Position numbers and translations under genes: made by a program. The notes beneath the pieces were generated by a model. It did no database searches, was not told the origin of the DNA, and worked only from the letters and a program-made list of their open reading frames with translations. Below are positions 1 through 12,574 of a DNA stretch of 64,000 nucleotides, in pieces. The number at the start of each line of letters is the position of its first letter. The first letter of the stretch is position 1. This DNA is from Okamejei kenojei (Eukaryota): positions 8,308,001 through 8,372,000 of the forward strand of contig CM069168.1 in the NCBI GenBank assembly GCA_035221665.1, given 5' to 3'.

Positions 1-195
1 AACATGGTGGGTATGTGGCCAGAGGAGGTAGTTGAGACAGTACTATCAGAACATTTAAAAAACGTTTAGATAGGCACATGGATATGATAGAAGGATATGG
101 GCCAAAATAGGCAGGTGGGACTAGTGTAGATGGAGCATCGGCGTGGGCAAGTTGGGCCGAAGGGCCTGTTGCCAAACTGTATGAGTCTGTGACTC
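1..195 (+). mobile_element. CR1-type LINE 3' end fragment
   Basis: Matches the 3' tail shared by other CR1 fragments in this window (gaggtagttgag...gggccgaagggcctgtt...ctgtatga). Confidence 0.7.
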
Positions 196-1480
196 TATGA
201 CTATGAGGTATGTAGTATCCAAATACATGCATACTTATCAATTGTGATATGTCCAAAGTATTTGATTTGAAACTAGAATGATGGAGGGAAAGTCATAACT
301 ATCTTCCTGAGATAAGGGAGACATTCCTGGCCTTTTAGCTACCAGGTATAAAAAAGAATCACCAACCATAATAAATAGTTTACTTCCAGACACCTGGATA
401 TATTTTAAAGTAAGCTTGATATTGTGAAGTATTAGTTTTATGAATAATAAAACTGGAAGTTAATGTAAGAAGCTAAAATGAATGTTAAACATTTAAAACA
501 ACTGCAGATTTTGAATCCAATGCCTGATTACATATCATTTGGCCAGGATTATTTTATGTAAACTGAAGCATAATGTCAGAAAATCCCCCCTCCATTTACA
601 TTGTGATGTAGTTGTACAGGCATTAAGGTGCTATTTTTATTCCTTTGTAATTCTCTGACTAGCATTCCTCCTTTCAGAGATAGCGTGGGGGAGGCCTTAA
701 ACACAGAGTTCTCCACCACCTTCAATGCCTTTGCTGATTGGCTGTTTGGAGATTTTGGCAGGCATCAATTCCACCTCCAGAGGAATGCCTCGCTGACTCA
801 CAGTGTCAACCATGAGCGCATGAAAATCACTCGCCCCCTCTCTTCTCTTCCCCAATCCTCTTCCTCTATTATATGCTTCGTGCCTGAGCTGTGGATAAAA
901 TATATAGAGAAATTTACTCATTTTTTTAACATGTTATAAATGGAAAAAGAGAGAGGATAATGCAGAAATATCTACAGCTTTTAGTGATCAAAAACACTTA
1001 GCAATCAGTTATGAAATGTGGGCCGATAGATTAATTAATTGTAAATTGTCTCTTGTATGCAGTTGAGGGTTAGTATCAGGGGAGGTAATGGGCATGTGGG
1101 GAGAATAGAATGGGAATGGTGTATGATTGGTGCAAATGGTCAGTGTAGATCCAATATGTTGTAGGACTAGTCGCTGTGGTAATGCATTAGTTAGATAATG
1201 GAGAAGTGTGAAAACAGGAGCAAAAACTATAGATAAGATTTCGTTTTGGAGGTGTTAAGGAAGGGAATTCCACAGCCAACTGAAATGACGTCCACCCATG
1301 GGGAAGCGATTAAAAATAGCGATTGGCAATACACTGATAACAGAATGAAGTAGAAAAGTATACTACTAGCATGAATGAAAACCATTTTACAATTGCAGTC
1401 TTTTCTTATTTTTGAATAAAAGTATAAATATGCTATATTTTCTCTTAAAATTAAGCATTTATTAAAACATTTTAAATGCT

Positions 1481-1772
1481 TAGTTTAGTGAAGTTTTGTT
1501 TCGAGATATTATGTGGAAACAGGCCCTTCAACCCACCAAGTCTGCACCGACCAGCGATCACCCTGTACATTGCACTATTCTACACTTCAGAGACAATTTA
1601 CTATGTTTTTTACTAAAGCCAAATTAACCTACAAACCTATATATCTTTGGAGTGTGGAGAAAACCCACGCGATCACGGGGAAAACGTACAAACTCCATAC
1701 AGATGCATCCGTAGTCAGGATCGAACCCGGGTCTCTGGCACTGTAAGGCAGCAACTCTACCGCTGCCCAACT
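1481..1772 (-). mobile_element. tRNA-derived SINE
   Basis: Reverse strand has A box (gggcagcggtagag), B box (gggttcgatcc) and the family body/tail; ~20 related copies in the window. Confidence 0.85.
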
Positions 1773-1959
1773 ATATCGCCGATAAAGAGCAGGGGTGCTG
1801 TCCCTCATTTATTTAACTTAATTTGAAGCATTAATTACTTTCTGGTATCATGGGGTAGCAGATGCTGAGATATTGGTATCCAGTACAGAGAAATTGAACT
1901 CCCTTTTTGTATTTCTATTGTGTGTGTCACAGTTTTGGTATTGATTGATGAAATATACA

Positions 1960-2240
1960 TCTTGGAAACAGGCCCTTCGCCCACCGAGTCCACGACGACC
2001 ATTGAACGCTCATTCGCACAAGTTCTATGTTGTCCCACTTTTGCATCTACTCCCTTCACACAAGGGGGCAATTTACAGATGCCAATCAACCTACAAACCC
2101 GCATGTATTTGGGATGTGGGATGAAACCGGAGCAGCCGCAGGAAACCCACGTGATCACAGGGAGTGCAAACAAACTCCACATAGTCAGCACCCGAGGTCA
2201 AGATTAAACCTGTGTCTATGGCACTGTGAGGCAGCCCCCT
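1960..2240 (-). mobile_element. tRNA-derived SINE (diverged)
   Basis: Same family motifs (ggaaacaggcccttcg...caacctacaaacc...gaaacccacgtgatcacaggg). Confidence 0.75.
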
Positions 2241-2279
2241 TGATATCACATGGAAAAGTGCAACCAGTGAAGTACAGTT

Positions 2280-2412
2280 GTTTAAGAAGGAACTGCAGAT
2301 GCTGGAAAATCGAAGGGAGACAAACATGCTGGAGAAACTCAGCGGATGAGGCAGCATCTATGGAGCAAAGGAAATAGGCGACGTTTCGGGTCGAGATCCT
2401 TCTTCAGACTGA
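2280..2412 (-). mobile_element. Penelope-like terminal repeat with minimal hammerhead-like motif
   Basis: Reverse complement reads ctgaagaaggatctcgacccgaaacgtc (CUGANGA...GAAAC-GUC); many copies in the window. Confidence 0.65.
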
Positions 2413-3292
2413 CTTGGGGGTGGGGGGAAAGATAGATCATCCATGATGGAATGGTGGAGTAGACACGGTGGGCCGAATGGCCTAATTCTGCTTCTATGAC
2501 GTATGACTTTGGGAATTACGCCCTTGTTCTGCTTTCAAATGGTGTCAGAGGATTGTTTTTACTTCTACTTGTGGTGATAGATTGGACATTGGTTAAATAA
2601 CTTGTCTTAAAGATGCCACCTATGATAACACAGCACTCTTTTAGTAATCAGTATTGTCAAAAAAAAAATCTAGTCTGTGTAGATGAGCTCAGATCAGTGA
2701 TCTTCTGGCTTAGGAGAATGTACCTCTATCTGAGCCATGGCAAATGGAAAAACGATTAAATTAATGAAATTGCCACCCCATTCACATTACTTGATATCTA
2801 GAACTCCACCTTCCACCCCAGATGTCTGATATTTGTCCACTATCCACTATACTCCGATTTCTTTAACTCAATATCTCCAATTTTCATTTACCCTTCTTAA
2901 GACTCCAGTCCTGAGACCCCACGTTTGAGCTTCAATTGGGACTCCAAATATTACTATTTCTCTTGTCCCTGCCAGAACCCGTCCCCTGCTCCCTCACCCA
3001 CCTCTCCAGACATGATCGCAGATCTAGACTTACTGTGTTTATCTTTGTACACTTAAAAACGCACATGTGCAAAGAATAGTAAGATTAAATGAGAACTTAC
3101 CAGTTTGAAGTTTGATCTTTATTTTATGAGGAGTTACGATGAGGGATTACGTGAAGAACCCCGTACAGCCGTTGGTGCGTCAATCTTCAAAGCAGCGGAG
3201 TGAAATCACAGGTAATAATGACTGAAGTATAATAGTAAGATAACAGAGACTAGAACTACCAGATGATATTCATGAGGGTTGGGAGCGGAGGG

Positions 3293-3405
3293 CACGTAAT
3301 CCCTCATCGTAATTCCTCATAAAATAAACATCAAACTTCAAACTGGTAAATTCTCATTTAATCTTACTACTTTACTTCGGAGTCACGTGAGTGACTACGT
3401 GAAGA
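3293..3405. repeat. DIRS internal complementary region (ICR)
   Basis: 3293-3369 is a near-exact reverse complement of 3077-3153, and 3366-3405 is the reverse complement of 7754-7793 (1 mismatch). Confidence 0.9.
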
Positions 3406-3512
3406 TTTCAAAGCTCTGTGATTTCATGCCGCAGACCCAAATCCGGTGTTCACACTACATTGATTGACTCAAAAGTCGTTAAATAATCAATAATGCATCA
3501 ATCATAACATTG

Positions 3513-4555
3513 TCAAATGAATAAGGGTTTATTTACAAATGAAACAATAACAACCCCTCTAAATCTGGGGGAAACTATAACAGAACTCAAAACAGAATCA
3601 ACAAACACCCCCAGCCTTGTAATCGGCTTATGGTAAAATTTTTGGAAGGTCAGCTCACTGGACCATCCTGCGGCTGCGAGGATATGGCCTATAGGCACGT
3701 CCATCGCCCTTGCCGCGGAAGTTGATGCCGCCCTGGTGGAATGAGATTTGAATTTATCAGTATCAATACCAGCACTTCCCAGAACCTGCTTTAGCCACCT
3801 TGAAATTGTTTGCACCGACACCTTACTGTGTGTTTTTTTGTGGCTAATAAATAATGCAGACTCTGTTCCACGTAGGACTCTGGTAACCTCAATGTAATGA
3901 GACAAATGTGATACTACATACAGGCGAGCATCTGTGGGGTATGCTGAAAACACAATCTTACATTCTGTCATGCCTATTGTACTATGTTTGAGCAGATCAT
4001 AGACATAAAAAGTAATGGCATCTGCCGATACCTGCATTCTGCCTAGCCGTAGCTTTTGCAATGTTTGCACACGTTGGGCTGATACCAACGCCATAAGCAT
4101 GACCACCTTCATGGTTAGTTTGGCTAGAGATAGGCTTGCAACAGGAGTCCACTGGCGAAGAACCATAAGAACTTCGCTCACATTCCAAATACCGGCATAC
4201 CTGGGTTTAGGAGGATTAGAATTGAAAATTCCCTTCATAAATCGAGAAACTAACGGATGTGTCCCTACTGAATATAACTCTGAACTCATGGGTAAATAAG
4301 AAGACAGAGCACTTCTGTCTGTATTAATCGCACTATAGCTTAATTTTTGATCAAAATAAAGAGTAGACAAGAACTCCAGTATGTCTGGGATCCTGCAGTT
4401 TGATATGAGATATTCTGCTGTAGACAGAATACTTCCCACTTCCTTATCGAGGTGATGTACTGCTTCTGAGTACTATCCTTGCAGGCCGACGTGAGAACAT
4501 CCACAGTACGATCAGACAGTCCTCTCCCCAGGTATGGCCTCCTTAAAATCTGCAA
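3513..4555 (-). pseudogene. DIRS tyrosine recombinase (one frameshift near N-terminus)
   Basis: ORF 3513..4439 has catalytic motifs SAQR, LLKH, SHSTR, AGW and FY; the N-terminus (STQKQYITSIRKWEVFC) is in ORF 4340..4555. Confidence 0.9.
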
Positions 4556-4627
4556 ATTAACAGATCAATACGATCATGTAAAGGATGTTGATTGCCAGTT
4601 ACTGGATTTACCAGTAGATTTTTATGT

Positions 4628-4954
4628 TTATGTCACAATCATGTGAGGCTGACTAGCCATTTGCAATACGAGAGGGAACCATGGTTGTGTAGGCCAATCT
4701 GGCACTACCAATACTCCTGAAGTGGAGTCCTGCTTGATCTTTTGCAAGCATCGACTGATGAGACAGAATGGAGGAAATGCATATACAAACATTCCACCCC
4801 AATGCAGCGAGAATGCATCCACCGCTGCTGCACCAGGATCTGGTTCCCATGAAACATATCTGGGCAAGTGATGGTTTAGTCTAGATGCAAACAAGTCAAT
4901 ATCTGGCATTCCATACTGAGCAGCTACTTGATTAAATATGTCCTGATGTAACAT
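4628..4954 (-). pseudogene. DIRS Dam-like N6-adenine methyltransferase domain
   Basis: DIDLFASRLN...YVSWEPDP...VDAFSLHW...YAFPPF...PDWPTQPWFP, the typical DIRS MT domain after RNase H. Confidence 0.85.
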
Positions 4955-5459
4955 CCATTCTATGTTATCATTGAATTGGCATGACCTAATGTCAGCTACT
5001 GTGTTGAATCTACCTGGTAAATATATTGCTGAAAGCCAGATGTTTCAGTCAATGCACCAGCCCCAGATATGATTAGCCAGTCTATCACAGTCGTGACTTG
5101 ACTCCACCCATGTGGTTTACATATGCCACTGCTATAGTATTGTCAATCTGAACCTGCACATGCAAGTCACTCCTGGCAGAGCAATAAGCTTTAAGCCCAT
5201 ACCAGGTTCCCAAAAGCTTTAAATAATAGATCCCTCTTAATTGAAGAAGGGATGTCTCATCAGTATTCCATCTGCCTCCACGATTGGAAGACATAACTGT
5301 AGCACCGCAACCCAGCGCACTGGCATCCGTCTGTAATATTATGGAACGTGGTTCAACCAAAACCTTGCAGGAGCTTTTTTGAGACATTGAAGATCCACCA
5401 TTGAATGTCTGAAATTGCCCTAGCTGACAATTGCATAGGCCTATCAAAATGACCCGCAT
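4955..5459 (-). pseudogene. DIRS RNase H domain (disrupted)
   Basis: LQTDASALGCGA...GGRW...VQIDNTIAVAYVNHMGG motifs. Confidence 0.85.
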
Positions 5460-6400
5460 GTGTCCTCAGTGCCTGTTCTTTTGCTCATTGTAATTGTTGA
5501 TAATGCAGAGGTCCAAACTGCACAGCTGGAAAAGCAGCCACCAATTTACCAATTAAACTGGCTACTTGTCTAATTGAAGGTCGTTATTCACTAAGGAGAT
5601 TAACACAATCCTCAATTAACTGCCATTTGTCCCTAGGCAAAGTCACTAACATGTGATTCGAATTAATGGTAAAGCCCAAATAATCAATGATTTGAACTGG
5701 TGATAATTTGGATTTATCTGGATGAATGACGAACCCCGATTGTTCAAAAGTGAGTTTAACAAATGAAACAGATGATTCAACTACAGCCCGAGTCTTCCCA
5801 ACAATAAAAATATCGTCTAATTTGGTCATTACAACATGCCCCTGAGCTTGTAGTAATCCTAGAACAGGTTTTAACAATTTGGTAAATAATCTTGGAGCTG
5901 AAGTTAACCCATTAGGCAATGCTTTGAATTGCCACAACTGACTCATCCAGATCCATTTTAAATACCTCCTATCATCACAATGAATAGACACTGAGCAATA
6001 TGCATCCTTTAAATCAATGCTGGCCATATAACACCCTTTGGAAACCAGATGTTTAGCCGTAGGGAAAAAAAACATTTTGAAATGCCTATAGCAAACAAAG
6101 GAGTTCAAGCACGTCAGGTCCAGAATGACATCCCCCAGTCCTTTTAGAGCTAGGAAAAATACTTGACACAAACTGACTTCTCAATAACCCCTTTTTTGTG
6201 TAATGTGTTGAGTTCTGCTTGTATGAGCACATTCTCTTCTTCTGAAAATATAAGTTTCCGATTTGGAACATGCTGATTAGGTGGACACACAGTAGAGTAA
6301 AATTTTAACCCCCTCTATACTGCTCAGTATAAATGAATCTGATGTTATCTCCTGCCATTGTTTGAGAAACAAGTGTAATCTGCCCCCAATTTGAACATCT
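5460..6400 (-). pseudogene. DIRS reverse transcriptase (frameshifted; YxDD reads KLDD)
   Basis: SIDLKDAY...QFKALPNGLTSAPRLFTK...TKLDD...IHPDKS...YLGF in ORF 5584..6171. Confidence 0.9.
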
Positions 6401-6504
6401 ATTTCACTTGATTCATTTTCTTTAAGAGGAAAATTTCTCAACTGCAGTTGTCCTGGCTGCCCTTGTTGCCCCCGGCCCTTTGTAGGCTGCCAGCTCCGAA
6501 ATTG

Positions 6505-7651
6505 CTAAACTAAGTGGCTAGTCCCTTCCCCGGCGTCCGTAATGGTACCCCGCTGGTAAGGAAAAACCCTCTTTCCTAGTTTGCCACCCGGCTTGATGAG
6601 GCCCATAGTTTTAGCGTCCTCATGGAGTTCTTTAACTCGCTTGGCAAAGATCTCCGCCAAACAAAAGATTAGGCGGTCGTACGCTGGGCGGTTTACACAA
6701 TTATGCCAGATTAGGATTAATAACTGGCCGAATAGCACTTCGTCTTACATTGTTAATTTCAAAATAGGCACAAAGAAGTCCCAGTGCATCTGGGTGGGCT
6801 TCAGACATATGCCCCTTGTCTACTGTAATAGCAAATGCCGTAAGCCCTGCTGAAAGTAATTTCAATACCTTTTGAAATTTTAGTTCTTGGGATCTTGCTG
6901 ACACCCCCAACTGTGTGCATATGAGATGGTTTACCATGGGTACTTTTAGTAACCCGCAATTGATGGGGGCTTCATACTTTTTAGCCGCCTCATCCATGGC
7001 CAATTCTTGCAGCTGATGAGAGAGCATATATTGGATGGCTGTTGCCAATTCTTCCCCTAACGGTTTCTCCTGCCTCTCTCGGGACTGCAAATTTCTCCGC
7101 TATATTCGGAATCACTTCAAGTTCCACTCCCTTGTGCTCTCCCCAGCCACTGATCCGGCGTCAGTAAACTGCACCGGTATACCCTCCTCTTCAAAAGTTG
7201 GGTATTCTTGCAGCCCTATTGCAGGCGCTGCTAACACAGGCTCTCCACTAGCCTGGCGTGGGCACCACTCCTCCCCACGGAGTTCGTCCCTGTCGAGCAT
7301 CTTTTGTAATAAGACCTCGACCTGGGAGAGCCGTGAGCAAACGGTCTCTCCTTTTGAGGATAAAACCTCCAGGCCCGACTCTGGATCCATGGGCCTATTT
7401 GATTTTGAAGTAGCCTTGCACCCTACTGGCGTGGCTACGCTGCTCACAGGCAGCGGGTCCGGTGTCACTAGCTCCATTGCTGGCGTCGGACTTGGTGACC
7501 TAGGCGGGCATCCGCTAACCACACTATCACGGTCCTCGAATCTTTTCCCTGCGGATCGCCTCGCCGACACCTTCTTCACTTTCTGTAATATTTTAACGGT
7601 GTATACTCTACCGCTGAAACAGAAAATGAACGCAAGAAAAGTTTGAAACAT
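6505..7651 (-). pseudogene. DIRS ORF1 (gag-like), broken into three frames
   Basis: Position upstream of RT; PINCGLLKVPMVN and EINNVRRSAIRPVINP resemble DIRS ORF1; split over ORFs 7112..7651, 6701..7090 and 6505..6738. Confidence 0.65.
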
Positions 7652-8949
7652 ACCTTGTGTTTTAAACCTACCGCTTGGAGGAGCTCTGCTGCTCTAACCG
7701 GCCGACTGCACCAATGCGTCTGACGTAATGATGCTCCAACGGCTGTACGGGGTTCTTCACGTAGTCACTCACGTGACTCCGAAGTAAAATAGTGTGTGAC
7801 ATGCCACCATTCATACATTAGATCTTTGTCACCCACTACTGATTGTTGCTGCATTGTGCTTGCGACCAAAATGGTTATGGTGAACTTTGGGGTGTCCCTT
7901 TGCTGTGTTGCTACAGGTGCAGCAACCCAGCTTCAATCCTGATCTCCGTTGCTTTCTGTGTAGAATTTTGTACCTTCAAGTGCTCCACCTTCCTCCCAAA
8001 TGCCAAATATATGAATGTTGGAAGGTTAATTGACCACTGTAGATTTCCTCTGGTATACTGCTTGTCGGAATGAAGGAGAATAAGTTATAGGAATAATTAG
8101 TGGGTAAATGGGATGCTCTGATGGTTAGCATATCAAATGCCCTCTTCATATGAATGGAAATAAACCAGGAGATATCGAAATAGGATCTCCAATATGAGCA
8201 TGTGAGTTTACCATTGGGCCTGCTAACGAGTCAGTCAATTGAATCATTTTTTAAATCTCACGGCTTGATATTTATTGTGGTGATTTAGAGCTGCCTTACA
8301 ACACATCTCTAGTGTTTGGATTATTCTTTGCACTATAACCTTGTGGTAATGCCGGCAGTGAATTGTGTTTGCCCTTATCAGCTCTGGTCATAACATCCAA
8401 CTGTCTGCCATCACATGCTCCAGATCAGTTTGAGCAAGCTGGGGAATTGGAGTAGGGAGAGGGCCAAGTGCCTTAAGGCTGTAGTACCCCTGAACTGATT
8501 GTGTTCCTCCTGGCTCGACACTACAATAATTAACAAAAATGGCTAATGGCAAAGCTTCTGGTTAGGTTGCCCTAAAGACGGTTAAATTAATCAGAGATCT
8601 GACTTTTACAGACTGCCACAAAATTGGTGTAGGGCGAGCCATTTTACGCCCAGAAAACATCAAATGAAACCAGTTTCTCTTTCTTTATCCTTAATACTCA
8701 AAACCGCATTAAAATGTACCCAAGAATATTCTCATTATTTATATTTGTGTCTGGAAACCATATCCTTTTGTCAGGCATTTTACGCCACTAATATCAGATG
8801 TTTCTTACAATATTCTGTTTGTTCCATCACACATGGATTGTTTATGAACTTTGCTCTCTGTAGTGGCATACTTCTTGCATGGTCCAAGTAAATTTGTAAC
8901 ATTACTTTGCCCTGAGGCTCTGTTAGTTTTGCTCTGTTAGACTGGTTAG

Positions 8950-9490
8950 ATCACATTTCTGGCTGCCACGTTATAGGATGCATGTGGAGGCTTTGGAGAG
9001 GGTGCAGAAAAAGTTTACCAAATTACTGCTTGGATTAGGGGGGCATTAGCTACAAGAAGAGGTGGGAAAAACTTGGATTATTTTCTCCAGAATGCCGGAG
9101 GTTGAGGGGAAACCTTGTAGAAGTATACAAAATTATGAGAGGCGTAGGTAGGGGAGACAGTCAGAATCTTATTCCCAGGGTAGAAATGTCAAAAAACTAC
9201 AGGCCACATATTTAAGGTAAGAGGAGGGGCAAAGTTTAAAGAGGATGTGCAGGACAATCTTTTTACACATAGGATGGTGGGGTCCTGGAATGTGCTGCAA
9301 GGGGTTGTGGTGGAGTCTGAAACGATAATGGTGTTTAAGAAGCTTTTAGATAGGCACAAGATATGCAGGGAATGGAGGAATATGAGTCATGGGCAGGCCG
9401 ATGAGATGAGTTTATCTTGGTATTATATTTGGCGCAGACATTGTGAGTCGTAGAGCTTGTTCCTGTGGTGTATTTTTCTATGCTCCATGT
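8950..9490 (+). mobile_element. CR1-type LINE 3' fragment (old)
   Basis: Degenerate ORF2 C-terminus (tggagagggtgcagaaaaagtttacc...FTHRMVGSWN) plus tail. Confidence 0.75.
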
Positions 9491-10219
9491 ACTAATATTG
9501 TATGTTTCATCATTCATATTTACCACAAACCACAGAATAATTTCAATATTTAATTTCATGCTGACCCTAGACTATCATAAATAGATTATCTCTATATTAC
9601 AGGTTGGCTGCTAGCTGTTCAACCTATTTCGCTCTGATCCCAATCTTAATGTTGCAGTTGATGATGTGCTGCTATTAGCAAAATTGATTACACTACGGTA
9701 ATTTCTGTAAGGCGTCAAGCTCCTGCCTGTCCATTAATAATGATTTTCATATGCTCATGGTACTAATAGAATTGGATTGACGACTGTGGACACCAGCCCT
9801 CCCACACACATGTGGAGAACTTGTGGGATTAATGGCCAGAGTCTTGCATTTAGGGATGAAAGCACAATCTGTGTGCTTTGTAACTTTGTCAGTGCCCTTT
9901 AAGTGGCAACGATTGCATACCTTGGGTATGGAAGCAAAGAACTTCACTGGGACTTGTCACATGTGACAATAAAGTATAAATCAATTAGTTAATTAATTTG
10001 ATCTGCATGAGGCAACAATAGAAAAGGAAATGGCGGAAAGCAAAGTCAGAGGTTGAAGGGAGACCTGATAGAAGTCTATGAAATTATTGCTGTCCCTACT
10101 ATTTATCAAATTCATGGATATGTTGTTTTTGTTTCAATTTATTTATATATTTGTAATTTGCTTGTTTTGACTGTAAGGTGTCCTTGAGTGTTCTGAAAGG
10201 CACCCATAAATAAAATGCA

Positions 10220-10236
10220 TTATTATTTTTATTATG

Positions 10237-10271
<35 letters not shown>
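10220..10271. repeat. (ATT)n microsatellite, probably the tail of an L2-like fragment nested in a CR1 piece
   Basis: Direct tandem ATT run preceded by gtccttgagtg...aaaggc...ataaataaaatg. Confidence 0.8.
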
Positions 10272-10272
<1 letters not shown>

Positions 10273-10668
10273 GGGTAGACAGTCGGAAGCTTTTACCCAT
10301 GGTGGAAATCTCAACGATTACAGGGCATAACTTTAAGATAAGAACAGTAATTTTTAAAAGGAGATGTGCGTGGCCTCTACAACAAAGGCAACTTTTTACA
10401 CAGAGGGTGGTGGGTGCCTGGAATGGATTGGAAGGGGTGGTGGTTAAGACGGATATGATAGTGGAATTTTAGAGCCCTTTTGTTAGGATTGTGAATACAG
10501 TACACAGGAATTGAGGTATATGGATCACGCGCAGGCAGAGGAGATTAGTTTATCTTGGTATCATATTCAACACAAACATTGGGGACCAAAGGACAATTTC
10601 CCGTGCTGTAGTGGGGAGCCTTGTTCTAAGTGGGGAGCATTGTTCTAGAGCAAAGTAACTTTTCACAT

Positions 10669-11182
10669 TGAAGTCTGGCTCAGCCAGTGGCACCTAGGAA
10701 TAGACTGGGTGACAACCAAGAATAGTTTGGTGACTACTGGAGAGACAGTTGACGGCACGGAAAGACGGCACCCGGGAAAGGCTGGGTTAGCACCCCAGTC
10801 TGTGTCTTTCATGAGAAAGACACCCAACAAAGCTATGGAAAGGCCTAGTGAACCACCGTGGCCTAAAAACCCATCAGTGGAGAATGAAATGCTTGGAGAA
10901 AGAGAAAGAGGTGCAGCGCACAGGCCTTGAACCTGGTGAGCCCAGCCGGGATTCACCCCACAGAGCCCAGTCCCTCCACGCAACAGAATCTCCCAACCCC
11001 TGCAGAGTAGTTGTGAAGATGGCTGATCCGTGGGCAGTTGCTTCTGGGACGCAAGTCGGGGCCTGATCAACCCCGGCTGGGTCACCTGGGCGAAGGTGTC
11101 TGATGTTGTGAGACCTGAAACACCCGATGACCCCAGATCACACCATTGAGGATGCATCCCAGTGCATCCAGAAGATGTATAT
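10669..11182 (+). mobile_element. Non-autonomous HERO-like (R2/RLE-group) retroelement, copy 1
   Basis: Highly similar to 13230-13705; ends in coding-like DPWAVASGTQVGA* plus 3' UTR as recalled for fish HERO LINEs; flanked by ttttcacat (10660-10668, 11183-11191). Confidence 0.65.
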
Positions 11183-12574
11183 TTTTCACATATCTCTACC
11201 CTAGCAAACAAATCTGTTTGGCCTGAATCCTCTCCCACAGTAGACACTTTCCATTTGTCTAAATCCTCTCCCACACTAGACCACTTTCCATTTGCTGATT
11301 AGTGCTAAATTAAGATGTGTTTTTTTCTTTTGGTTGAAACTGTTGACGTGATTGCTGTAGAGTCCACGCAAACAATACATACGGGTGATTTCTAATCCAA
11401 CCATTTGTGTGGATGTTTATCATGTGGGATTGAAAGGCTAATTTATTAATCTACTAATTTACAATAATCTGTCCAATCTTATTTTACAAAGATTTGTTTC
11501 AAAAATTAATTCAGTGGAATGACTGTGGTGGTGACAATGGAGCAGATAGCTCAAATTAAAAAAAACAATAATTGCATGAAGATTCGAGGAGGGGAAATTG
11601 AATTGTGGCTATAAAACTAAATTGGTAATGTCAAAAACAGCAGATGTTGGAAATCTAAAATAAAACAGAAAATGTTGAAAACACCAGCAAGTTAGACAGC
11701 ATCTATGGAAAGAGGCACAGTAAATGTTTATGGTCTGAGACTCTTCATCATAACTTGGACATTTGATTGTTCCAAAATTGATAGATTAGCAAGATTCATC
11801 CAGTTTTAATTCAAAAAGGTTTCATAGCACAAAATGATTGGAAACCATCATATTTAGAGATTGGCTCAGGAAAATCTGGAATCTCCTGGAAATCATGTTT
11901 GTTTAATAATGTTGTTAAACTCAACAGCGCAAAGATTTGGAAATCCCCAACTACCCTGTACAGCATCTAACTGGAGACAGTAGTAATGTATGTTAGTGTA
12001 TGAGTCATGCTGGCAGATGTGTATATCTACTGACTGATCTACTCGCTAGAACGGTGACTAAGAAGAAACCCTTAGGATCATGAAAGGCAGAAGTCAGCGA
12101 AGCAGGAAAATGTCAGAAGTAGGTTGGAGTAGTTCAACAGGATGCCACAGGCTTTTAAGACTCCTCCACAAAATTTCAGATTTTATTTAACCTTTATATT
12201 TATGTTGCAATGTTGTAGACCACAGAAAAAATGAACTCAAGCCAAAATGTTACAAAGATAAGCATTTATTTTTAAACTGTGAATTCGTGCTGCTGTGTCT
12301 AGGTTTGAATATATATCTCTTATGAATACCTAAACATAACTATTCACTTTTGTGTCTTATACAACTTTTACCTATAGGTGAAGCTCTGCTTTGAAAGTTT
12401 ATATCAGGTTAGATTTTAGGTCATGTTGTTATAGTGGATTTTTTAAAAAAAAACAAGATTTCTCAGCAATCTTTTTTGTCCCATAAAGCTTCCTGCAGTT
12501 AATTCCACTTTGTTATCTGGCCACTGTAAAAACCAGTATATGACGTTATCTCTTGCTCTGAATAGTCGTAAGTA

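Larger units (their letters stand above)
3076..7793 (-). mobile_element. DIRS1-like tyrosine-recombinase retrotransposon, full-length, degenerate
   Basis: 28-bp ITR (3148-3175 vs 7736-7763); ICR at 3293-3405 complementary to both extreme ends; ATAGT at both termini; domain order gag-RT-RNaseH-MT-YR on the minus strand. Confidence 0.95.

Noticed and set aside
628-939. 103-aa ORF as a host exon
   Set aside because: No recognisable protein similarity or convincing splice pair.
7035-7646. 203-aa plus-strand ORF
   Set aside because: Antisense shadow of DIRS ORF1.
10663-11274. 203-aa minus-strand ORF
   Set aside because: Antisense to the HERO-derived repeat and not listed as open in the second copy.
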